Below, in pieces: positions 54,237-61,248 of a stretch of DNA of 64,000 nt. The stretch comes from an uncultured Pirellulales bacterium. Lineage in GTDB: Bacteria > Planctomycetota > Phycisphaerae > Sedimentisphaerales > SM23-30. The DNA lies in assembly GCA_964482555.1 (NCBI GenBank), contig CAYZXY010000010.1, positions 2,135 through 66,134 of the forward strand. Reading direction: 5' to 3'. The notes beneath the pieces were generated by a model that worked only from the letters and a program-made list of their open reading frames with translations, was not told the origin of the DNA and did not search any database. The first letter of the stretch is position 1; every line of letters starts with the position of its first letter. Made by a program: the position numbers and the translations under genes.

Positions 54237-55406
54237 TCATTTTTTAATCGGCATCCATTTACGGTCCATTCGGGAGCTTTCGACGACACTTTCGATGAAG
54301 AGCATACCGCGGACGCCGTCGGCAACCCCCGGAAAATCGAGCATGAGCGGATCGGGAGCGCGTGAGGCCCTCCGGCAGTTAATAACGTCGATAAAATTAC
54401 AATAGTGATTAGCGAAGGCTTCCAGAAATGCTTCCGGGTGGCCGAAGGGCAGCCGGGTGGCCCGGCCGGCTGCAGGACTGCGACCACTGACATAATCATT
54501 GCCCCGTTTCCAGACCTGTTCGGCGCCATTGATACTCTTTACATAGAGATAGTTGGGGTGTTCCTGATGCCATTCTATGCCGCCTTTTTCCCCGTAGATC
54601 CAGATGGCCAGATTGTTTTCTTCGCCAACGGAAATCTGACTGGCATGTAAGACGCCTTTCGCCCCGTTGTCGAATTTTACGAGGCAGTTGCAGTCATCAT
54701 CGAGCAGTCGTCCTTCGACGAAGGACGTCAGTTCCGCACAAATTTCTGAGATCTTCAGGCCCGTAATGTATTCCGCCAGATTTTCGGCATGTGATCCAAT
54801 ATCACCGACGCAACCGCCAGCGCCGCTTTGTCGGGGGTCGGAACGCCACGAGGCCTGCTGATGGCCTTCGCGTTCCAGCGGTGTAGCCAGCCAGCCCTGC
54901 GGATACTGCACGACGATTTTGCGCACGTTGCCGATATCACCGTCGCGCACAATATCACGGGCCAGCTTGACCATTGGATAGCCTGTGTAGTTATGCATCA
55001 GGCCGAATACCATTCCGCTTTTATCAACGAGCGTTTTGAGGTCTTTGGCTTCTTCGGACGTCAGGGTCATCGGTTTTTCGCACATGACATGGAAGCCCGC
55101 TTCCAGAAAGGCTTTGGCCATGGGATAATGCGTGTTATTCGGGGTTGTAATCGCCACGAAATCAATGCGTTGGCCTTCGGGCAGGGCCTTTTCCCGTTCG
55201 ATCATCTGTTCCCAGCTTTCATAAACCCGGTCGTTATCGAGACATAACTCCTGCGTCATCTGCCGGGACTTTTCCGGATCGGAGCTGAAAGCGCCCGCTG
55301 TCAGTTCGGCGCCGCCGTCCATGCGGGCCGCCTTGCGATGGACTTCCCCAATGAACGCACCTGGACCACCGCCCAGCATTCCCATATTGAGTTTTCTCTC
55401 TGGCAT
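54237..55406 (-). CDS. Gfo/Idh/MocA-family NAD(P)-dependent oxidoreductase
   Basis: Rossmann N-terminus LNMGMLGGGPGAFIGEVHRKAA and the EKP motif (CEKPMTLT). I prefer the start at 55406 (AAGGGA 5 nt upstream); an upstream in-frame ATG lies at 55421. Confidence 0.88.
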   Translation of the reverse strand: MPERKLNMGMLGGGPGAFIGEVHRKAARMDGGAELTAGAFSSDPEKSRQMTQELCLDNDRVYESWEQMIEREKALPEGQRIDFVAITTPNNTHYPMAKAFLEAGFHVMCEKPMTLTSEEAKDLKTLVDKSGMVFGLMHNYTGYPMVKLARDIVRDGDIGNVRKIVVQYPQGWLATPLEREGHQQASWRSDPRQSGAGGCVGDIGSHAENLAEYITGLKISEICAELTSFVEGRLLDDDCNCLVKFDNGAKGVLHASQISVGEENNLAIWIYGEKGGIEWHQEHPNYLYVKSINGAEQVWKRGNDYVSGRSPAAGRATRLPFGHPEAFLEAFANHYCNFIDVINCRRASRAPDPLMLDFPGVADGVRGMLFIESVVESSRMDRKWMPIKK

Positions 55407-55428
55407 AATTGTCCCTTTCATAAAAGGC

Positions 55429-55532
55429 TATACTCGTTGGGATTAAAATGTCCGTTTTGTCGGAACGTAATTATTTGCGGATAAAAAGCTTACCCCCGGT
55501 CCTGACCGGAGCTTTCAACCCGCTTGGGCATA
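55429..55532 (-). repeat. R105 interspersed repeat, subtype A
   Basis: Minus-strand reading: TATGCCCAAGCGGGTTGAAAGCTCCGGTCAGGACCGGGGGTAAGCTTTTTATCCGCAAATAATTACGTTCCGACAAAACGGACATTTTAATCCCAACGAGTATA. Confidence 0.92.
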
Positions 55533-56181
55533 AAATAATCGCTTGCATGTATGTCACGTTATCGTCGCCAGGGGTGTTTTTCGCTATGTACTAACGTAAT
55601 TGTGTGTGAATAAAACAATTACGATTGGCATTGGCGGTAATGTTCAAACCCTTTGCGAATGTATGACGTGTTTGTTGTAATACAATTTTCCGATGATAGC
55701 AAGAAAAAAGCGGCATCTGTCTGGTCCAGGATTATTTTAGCGGGGCAAACGGCAACCCACATAAAAACCCTGGCACAAAGCTTAAGGGCACTCTAAACAT
55801 TCATTTTGGGCTGCAAGCGATTTTTTTTGCTTCTGTCCTTCGTCATGAAAAACCGTGAATATTTATCACTATGCCCGGTTTTCCATTTTTTGTCAGTCGA
55901 AAAAAAACTTCGCTTTCGCCGCAAAAGCAATTATTAGAGGCACCCTTAAAAGTTAATCGTAAAGAAATAAATTCGAATGCCCCAAAGTGCGATTTCGCAC
56001 TTTTAATTGTGATAACATTTCAGGAAAAGGCTTAACAGGGGCTTTTGACCCGCAACTCAAGATTTTTTGGTGTATGCGAGCAGTTATTCGAAAGGTATAA
56101 ATAATATCATCGGGCTTAAAAGGCCCTGCGGAACGCCAAAACGCTCACAAAAAATGCGAAACTTAAGCCAAAGTTGCTGTC

Positions 56182-56283
56182 AAAAAATTGCCAGGTGCGT
56201 TTCGGTGAGAAACAGACTGCTCGCTCGGCACTGAGATTGTACCGTGCACTGTCTCTTAGCCGCTACCTTCCGTGCACACCTGG
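56182..56283 (-). terminator. Long irregular hairpin plus U-tract, likely the terminator of the nrdR/ATP-cone operon
   Basis: On the minus strand CCAGGTGTG (56283-56275) pairs with CGCACCTGG (56199-56191). It encloses inner stems GAGACAG/CTGTTTCTC and CGGTAC/GTGCCG and is followed by CAATTTTTT (56190-56182). It begins about 110 nt after the stop at 56395. Confidence 0.5.
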
Positions 56284-56394
56284 CCGGCGGGCCTCCCTGC
56301 CCTATATACTTAAAACAAACCGGCATTTTTTGCGTAAGCTGCCGCCGAAATCATACCTCCATAAAGATAAGAAATAACAGCCGTGGCGAGGTTG

Positions 56395-57078
56395 TTATTG
56401 TATGACATTTTCCTTTCCGGCAGCAACTACGCATTTGTCATGTCCATGCAACTCCTCAGCCTGTTGAAATGACGGCGGCTCGGAGGGCATTTTGTTATAG
56501 GATTGCGTAATGGCCTTTTCAACTTTGAGTATGTGAAACAGTTCGTTTTCGATCATTTCCCTCACCAGTCCGCTGGTAATCTGATGGCAGTTTAATCGCA
56601 GGACTTTTTCTTCCACTTGACCGGCAATCATACGAGAGAGACCCCGGGAAAGGCCGCGTTCGTTTTCCAGATGCCAGACAATGGTGCTTTTGTTCCACGG
56701 TTCGGCGAAGTAGCTGTTCATCAGGACGTCTGCGGCGTTGTTTTTGTTATCATATGTTTCGTCATGGTAAAAGTGAACGATTTCCATGCGGTTACGCTGA
56801 GATTGTCTGATGATGCGATGTTCATGCAGAATCAGCGCGGCATTGAAAAAACCTGTTTCGCTCATGACCGCCTGAATGATCGAGTGAATCTGGTCGCTTT
56901 CAATGATAGAGCAGCCATAATTTTTTGAAATGTAGGATGATACAGCTTCCGCCAGGCTGTCAACGACACCGTCGGCATAAGAGCCGCTTTCGCTGAGAGA
57001 CTGTCCGATTGTGCCCATCACTTTAGTGTGGTAATACACTTCCGTAGTGCCGTCATTTTTTAATACTCGTAACTGCAT
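56395..57078 (-). CDS. ATP-cone domain protein (one clear N-terminal ATP-cone, possibly a second)
   Basis: MQLRVLKNDGTTEVYYHTKVMGTIGQSL...IESDQIHSIIQAVMSETGFFNAALILHEHR fits the ATP-cone pattern. A second similar segment (..IAGQVEEKVLRLNCHQITSGLVREMIENELF) follows. The gene starts 68 nt downstream of nrdR. Confidence 0.65.
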   Translation of the reverse strand: MQLRVLKNDGTTEVYYHTKVMGTIGQSLSESGSYADGVVDSLAEAVSSYISKNYGCSIIESDQIHSIIQAVMSETGFFNAALILHEHRIIRQSQRNRMEIVHFYHDETYDNKNNAADVLMNSYFAEPWNKSTIVWHLENERGLSRGLSRMIAGQVEEKVLRLNCHQITSGLVREMIENELFHILKVEKAITQSYNKMPSEPPSFQQAEELHGHDKCVVAAGKENVIQ

Positions 57079-57146
57079 GATTTAACTCTCCCACTCAAGA
57101 CTACGGTTGAGTTATAAGTGATTGTTTGATATGAAATCGTCCGGCA

Positions 57147-57653
57147 TCAATCCTTTTGATTTTCCTCAAACAGAATTCGCTGTCCTTTGGCGTCTTCCAC
57201 TCGCTGCAGGATTTCCTGAATCTCTTCAATAAACTGGCCCACTTCCTGAAATTCATGATAAACGCTGGCAAAGCGAATATAAGCGACTTTGTCCAAGCTT
57301 CGCAGGTGGTTTACTGTCAGGGCGCCGATGGTTCGCGATTCGACTTCCTGGCCTGGTAACTGTAAGACCTCTTCTTCGATTTGCTCGGCCAGCCGGTTAA
57401 TCTGCTGCATGGATACAGGCCTCTTGTAGCAGGCTTTCTGAATCCCGGCGATGATTTTATCCCGCTCGTATGGGACCCGTGTGCCGTCTTTCTTGACAAC
57501 GGTAAGCTTGACCAACTGCTCAACCCGCTCGTAGGTTGTAAATCGACGGTCGCATTGCAGGCACAGCCGCCGTCGCCTGATGACTCTGCCGGCATCGCTG
57601 GAGCGGGAATCAATTACTTTGTCATTATCAGTTTTGCAGAAGGGACATCTCAC
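57147..57653 (-). CDS. nrdR: Transcriptional repressor NrdR
   Basis: MRCPFCKTDNDKVIDSRSSDAGRVIRRRRLCLQCDRRFTTYE zinc ribbon plus an ATP-cone (VVKKDGTRVPYERDKI...AYIRFASVY). Confidence 0.95.
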   Translation of the reverse strand: MRCPFCKTDNDKVIDSRSSDAGRVIRRRRLCLQCDRRFTTYERVEQLVKLTVVKKDGTRVPYERDKIIAGIQKACYKRPVSMQQINRLAEQIEEEVLQLPGQEVESRTIGALTVNHLRSLDKVAYIRFASVYHEFQEVGQFIEEIQEILQRVEDAKGQRILFEENQKD

Positions 57654-57740
57654 CAGTCATAAACTCGCTCTCAATCACGTTCGATTCTGCTGAAGCCAGC
57701 TATCTGGACATTGAGCATAATCACTTTTGTTTCTCAATCT

Positions 57741-57756
57741 ACACTCTATATATTGG
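57741..57756. promoter_or_regulatory. NrdR-box-like AT-rich near-palindrome upstream of nrdR
   Basis: ACACTCTATATATTGG compared with the published NrdR-box consensus acaCwAtATaTwGtgt; the match is partial. Confidence 0.25.
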
Positions 57757-57962
57757 ATAATCAAACGATATAATGCAATATACGGTATGTCAATACGAAA
57801 ATCATTGTCGCAGAAGAGTTTATGGAAAACTTGCCTGTGAGTTTTATGGACGATTGAACGTATCGTATTTGTAAATAAGTATTTATGTCGAATATTGTTT
57901 ATTGCTAACATTTTGTATATTTATGATATTTTTCAAATAATTATTCTGGAAACAGGTGTTTA

Positions 57963-57976
57963 CCACAATATATTGG
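57963..57976. promoter_or_regulatory. Second NrdR-box-like near-palindrome
   Basis: CCACAATATATTGG, with the core CAATATATTG a perfect palindrome. Confidence 0.25.
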
Positions 57977-58134
57977 AAAAGATATGGTTCGAAAGGTAGA
58001 TATTGTAACCGGTTGTTATATATGAGTGTTTGTGTTCATATGCCCTGGTGATCTCGGCTTTTGAAAAATATTAGAGAACAGGGATGGCAAATCATGATTA
58101 TGGGGCTATAATTGTAAAGGTTTTTATGTAAATA

Positions 58135-58239
58135 TATACCCAAAGGGTATAAGAATTCCCGCCAGGGCCAGTCGTAAAGGCTTTTCCCGCACATATTTAC
58201 GTTTAGGAAAAATGGGAATTTTCTATCGGAACGAGTATA
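58135..58239 (+). repeat. R105 interspersed repeat, subtype B
   Basis: TATACCCAAAGGGTATAAGAATTCCCGCCAGGGCCAGTCGTAAAGGCTTTTCCCGCACATATTTACGTTTAGGAAAAATGGGAATTTTCTATCGGAACGAGTATA. Confidence 0.92.
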
Positions 58240-58322
58240 AAACGATGCAGCGTACACGAGTCTCTTATGAGTGAAATCTTGCGCGAAGTGGCAATTCCGG
58301 TTTATCCGGGTCAGGAGTTTTT

Positions 58323-59402
58323 ATGCGTCAGTTAAAACTGTTTCTTATCGTTATTGCGATCGTATTATTAATTGTTGTTGGCGTTGGTGTGGGGGGGTTC
58401 ATTTATGCCAATCAGCTTATCGTCATTGGTGTGGAGAAAGCCGGCACGCAATCACTGGGGTATAAAACAACGCTGGAAGAAGCCGATTTGTCGATTCTGG
58501 ATGGATCATTAACCTTGAAGGGATTGCATATTGCGAATCCGGAAGGTTTTACCATCGAGAATTTGATGAGACTGGAGGATGTTTCGACCGCCGTCGATCT
58601 GGGTTCGCTGCGGAGCGATACGATCAAGGTCAAGACGATCAGGGTGTATCGGCCGGTTATCACACTGGAACAAAAGGGGATGATAAGTAATATTCAGGTA
58701 GTTCTGGATACGCTGAAAGAAATGCAGCAGCAGAAAGAGAAGCCGGCACCGACAGAAGAGGAACAGGTTTCTCAAAAGCATGTGCTGGTGGAAAGAATTG
58801 AAATCATTGAGCCGATCGCCAAGTTAAAGCTGCTGCCGGGCCCCAATGTCATAACTGAGAGAAATGTTGAATTGGGAGACATCGTTTTAACAAATATTGG
58901 TAATCAAACTGACAAAGGTGCGATGATGTCAACGGTGTTTCAGAAAGTGCTGTTGTCGATGGCCGGGGCGATTGTTAAATCCGGTGTAGATCTTCCCGGC
59001 AATCTGCTCAAGGGGCTGGAAGGCTCGATAGTCGGCGTTGCCGAGGCCGTTGGCGTGACGCTGGAAGGGGTCATCGTGGGCGGTGAAAGCATATTAAAGG
59101 GCGCCGGCAAAACGCTGGAAGGCACTTTGAAAATCGGCCAGGATATTCTGGGTGCTCCCGGTAATTTAATCAATCCCGACAAGCGTAAAAAGGACCCCTG
59201 CGAACCATCTGGAGCACAGACTCTGATCGAAGGGCTGGGCGGCATCCTGGAAGGTGGCAGCAAGGCGGTCGAAGGAGCCGGCAAGGGCATCTCGGAACTG
59301 GGAAAAGTGCCCGGCAAGTCGATCGATGCAACCCGGGAAGAAGATGAGAGAAAATTGAAAAAGAAGGATGCGGCCAAAGATAACGACAAAAATGACAAAT
59401 AA
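58323..59402 (+). CDS. Hypothetical membrane-anchored protein with Gly/Lys-rich repetitive C-terminus
   Basis: N-terminal TM segment (LFLIVIAIVLLIVVGVGVGGFIY) and C-terminal LEG..K..EGAGKG-type repeats. I do not recognise the family. Confidence 0.55.
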   Translation: MRQLKLFLIVIAIVLLIVVGVGVGGFIYANQLIVIGVEKAGTQSLGYKTTLEEADLSILDGSLTLKGLHIANPEGFTIENLMRLEDVSTAVDLGSLRSDTIKVKTIRVYRPVITLEQKGMISNIQVVLDTLKEMQQQKEKPAPTEEEQVSQKHVLVERIEIIEPIAKLKLLPGPNVITERNVELGDIVLTNIGNQTDKGAMMSTVFQKVLLSMAGAIVKSGVDLPGNLLKGLEGSIVGVAEAVGVTLEGVIVGGESILKGAGKTLEGTLKIGQDILGAPGNLINPDKRKKDPCEPSGAQTLIEGLGGILEGGSKAVEGAGKGISELGKVPGKSIDATREEDERKLKKKDAAKDNDKNDK

Positions 59403-59436
59403 TGTTACATGACTTGTGATGTGTGGCAATAATCGG

Positions 59437-59465
59437 TTGACTTCGCTGCTGGCCGGTGCTAATAT
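59437..59465 (+). promoter_or_regulatory. Candidate sigma70 promoter upstream of tRNA-Thr(UGU)
   Basis: TTGACT, a 17-nt spacer, then TAATAT. Confidence 0.4.
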
Positions 59466-59546
59466 GGCCGGCGTTATTTAACGAGAAGCGGAGGACCGGA
59501 TCCATTCGAGTCTGGTTTTTTATAAGTTATTTAATTCCATATATTT

Positions 59547-59618
59547 GCCAGCGTAGCTCAACGGTAGAGCTTCCGCCTTGTAAGCGGAGGGTTGTGGGTT
59601 CGAATCTCACCGCTGGCT
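59547..59618 (+). tRNA. tRNA-Thr (anticodon UGU)
   Basis: Cloverleaf: acceptor GCCAGCG/CGCTGGC, anticodon stem TCCGC/GCGGA with loop CTTGTAA, T arm GTGGG-TTCGAAT-CTCAC, followed by TTTTTG. Confidence 0.95.
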
Positions 59619-59728
59619 TTTTGTCGGTGTGGGGGCAGAATGCCCTGGCGCAGCTGGAAGAGCCGTAATCAGAGAGTAAACGTGGCCGGGAGCCGATTGC
59701 GTCGTACTGGCATCCCATATCTGAAAAA

Positions 59729-59770
59729 CGATTGGAGAAAACGGGATAACTCAATCGGAAGCAGTGTATA
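59729..59770 (+). repeat. R105 3'-half fragment abutting the queD-like start codon
   Basis: CGATTGGAGAAAACGGGATAACTCAATCGGAAGCAGTGTATA closely matches the 3' half of the copy at 52594. The next three bases are the ATG at 59771. Confidence 0.7.
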
Positions 59771-60139
59771 ATGTATAGTATTATTGTTGAAATTGTGTTT
59801 CATGCCGACCATTATATTCGCATTCCGGGCGGCAAAGAGGAAAAAAGGCATGCTCATGACTGGACCTTTCGGTCCAAAGTCAGCGCCGAAGAACTTGATG
59901 AATATGGTCTGGTGATGGATTTTCATCTGCTCCGACGTCTGATGCAGGAGGTTTCCCGGCCGCTGGAAGCGGTGGAAACGATCAATGAATTAGCGGCGTT
60001 TGCGGGTTCGTATCCCACGGCGGAAACAATAGGACGGTATCTTTACCAGCAAATGAAAGCGGTTTTGCCCGGCCGGGTCAGGCTGCTGGAGGTCATGCTG
60101 GAGGAAGAGGCGGGATGTTACGCGGTTTACAGCGAATAA
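59771..60139 (+). CDS. 6-pyruvoyl-tetrahydropterin synthase / QueD-like protein
   Basis: FHADHYI...RHAHDWTFRSKVSAEELDEYGLVMDFHLLRRLMQEV...YPTAETIGRYLYQQM follows the PTPS-family pattern (His ligands, G.v.DF, PTaE). Confidence 0.65.
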   Translation: MYSIIVEIVFHADHYIRIPGGKEEKRHAHDWTFRSKVSAEELDEYGLVMDFHLLRRLMQEVSRPLEAVETINELAAFAGSYPTAETIGRYLYQQMKAVLPGRVRLLEVMLEEEAGCYAVYSE

Positions 60140-60368
60140 GTCGGGATTTGTGATGCGGGGACGACCTCGAGACATTTTTTGACGGTCTGGATATCGGTAA
60201 ATATTGTTATCAGCTTAATTTACCTGCGAATGCAGGCTTTTCTCCATATTGACGAAAGTTTTTTACCTTTATATAATGTAGTAAGCGGCATTTGTTTTGC
60301 CGTGCCAAGAGGCGCGCCATGTCATACAAAGGTTTTTGTCGGGCGTGCAAAACGTATAATAATTGAGA

Positions 60369-60473
60369 TATACTCGTTCCGATTGAAAATACCCGTTTTG
60401 CAGGAACGTAACTATTTTCGGACAAAGCCTTTACGGCTGGCCCTGGCGGGAATTCTCATACCCTTTGGGTATA
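60369..60473 (-). repeat. R105 interspersed repeat, chimeric (B-type 5' and centre, A-type loop segment)
   Basis: Minus-strand reading: TATACCCAAAGGGTATGAGAATTCCCGCCAGGGCCAGCCGTAAAGGCTTTGTCCGAAAATAGTTACGTTCCTGCAAAACGGGTATTTTCAATCGGAACGAGTATA. Confidence 0.92.
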
Positions 60474-60474
60474 A

Positions 60475-60579
60475 TATGCCCAACTGGGTTGAAAGCTCCG
60501 GTCAGGACCGGGGGTAAGCTTTTTATCCGCAAATAATTACGTTCCGACACAACGGAACATTTCAATTGGAACGAGTATA
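60475..60579 (+). repeat. R105 interspersed repeat, subtype A
   Basis: TATGCCCAACTGGGTTGAAAGCTCCGGTCAGGACCGGGGGTAAGCTTTTTATCCGCAAATAATTACGTTCCGACACAACGGAACATTTCAATTGGAACGAGTATA. Confidence 0.92.
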
Positions 60580-60595
60580 AAACAAGGTTATCGCC

Positions 60596-61078
60596 ATGCA
60601 ATGTCAACGATGTACCAAGCATGCAACGGTTCATTTAACCGAGATAGTTGAAGGTAAAAAGATTGAGCGGCATCTATGCGATGAGTGTGCTCAGAAAGAA
60701 GGCATTACCATAAAGACGCAAGTGCCCTTGAGCGAGTTGATTGACAATCTGGTATCGGCTCAACAGGAAACCAAAGAGCTGTCCGAGATGGTATGCCCGG
60801 AATGCGAAATGAGCTGGCAGGATTTCCGGAAGGGTGGATTGCTGGGATGTGCCCGGGATTATGAGGTGTTTGGGGAAGCGCTGGCAAAACTGATCGCTCG
60901 TACTCAGGATGGAGCTACGGAGCACGTCGGGCGTACGCCTCGCAAGAGGCCGGAACGAGTGGGCATGCAGCATAAACTGCTTCGCTTGCGTCAGGATCTG
61001 CATCGGGCGCTGGACGAAGAGGATTATGAAGCGGCCGCCCGCCTGCGGGATGAAATTCATAAGCACGAAACAAACTGA
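60596..61078 (+). CDS. mcsA: McsA-like protein (zinc fingers plus UVR motif), putative activator of protein arginine kinase
   Basis: CQRCTKHATVHLTE...HLCDECA, CPECEMSWQDFRKGGLLGC and a C-terminal UVR motif LRQDLHRALDEEDYEAAARLRDEI. It lies directly upstream of mcsB. Confidence 0.8.
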   Translation: MQCQRCTKHATVHLTEIVEGKKIERHLCDECAQKEGITIKTQVPLSELIDNLVSAQQETKELSEMVCPECEMSWQDFRKGGLLGCARDYEVFGEALAKLIARTQDGATEHVGRTPRKRPERVGMQHKLLRLRQDLHRALDEEDYEAAARLRDEIHKHETN

Positions 61079-61131
61079 CAGGCCGGCAAAGCAACTGAAA
61101 CGTGTGCTGCCTGTGTAGAATTTATTATATA

Positions 61132-61236
61132 TATTCTTAATTGGGTAGAAAGCTTCGGGCAGGACCGGGCGTAAGCTTTTTATCCGCATATAATTACGTT
61201 CTGACAGAATGGGACATTGCAATCGGAACGAATAAA
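61132..61236 (+). repeat. R105 interspersed repeat, subtype A (5' head diverged)
   Basis: TATTCTTAATTGGGTAGAAAGCTTCGGGCAGGACCGGGCGTAAGCTTTTTATCCGCATATAATTACGTTCTGACAGAATGGGACATTGCAATCGGAACGAATAAA. Confidence 0.88.
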
Positions 61237-61248
61237 CGTCTGGTGACA

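Noticed and set aside
56183-56320. A minus-strand motif CACGGAAGGTAGCGGCTAAG resembles the SRP (4.5S) RNA helix-8 GGAA tetraloop plus AGCAGC region, with flanking CCAGG...CCTGG.
   Set aside because: The bases flanking GGAA cannot form the closing pairs (CAC/GGT), and the 5' AGG symmetric-loop residues are absent. GGAA falls in an asymmetric internal loop of a long hairpin that ends in a U-tract just downstream of the ATP-cone gene. An operon terminator is the simpler reading. A cmsearch with RF00169/RF01854 would settle it.
56174-56377. A 67-aa ORF on the + strand in the ORF-free region.
   Set aside because: It coincides with the antisense of the long terminator hairpin. It has an Arg/Leu/Ser-rich low-complexity composition and no ribosome-binding site.
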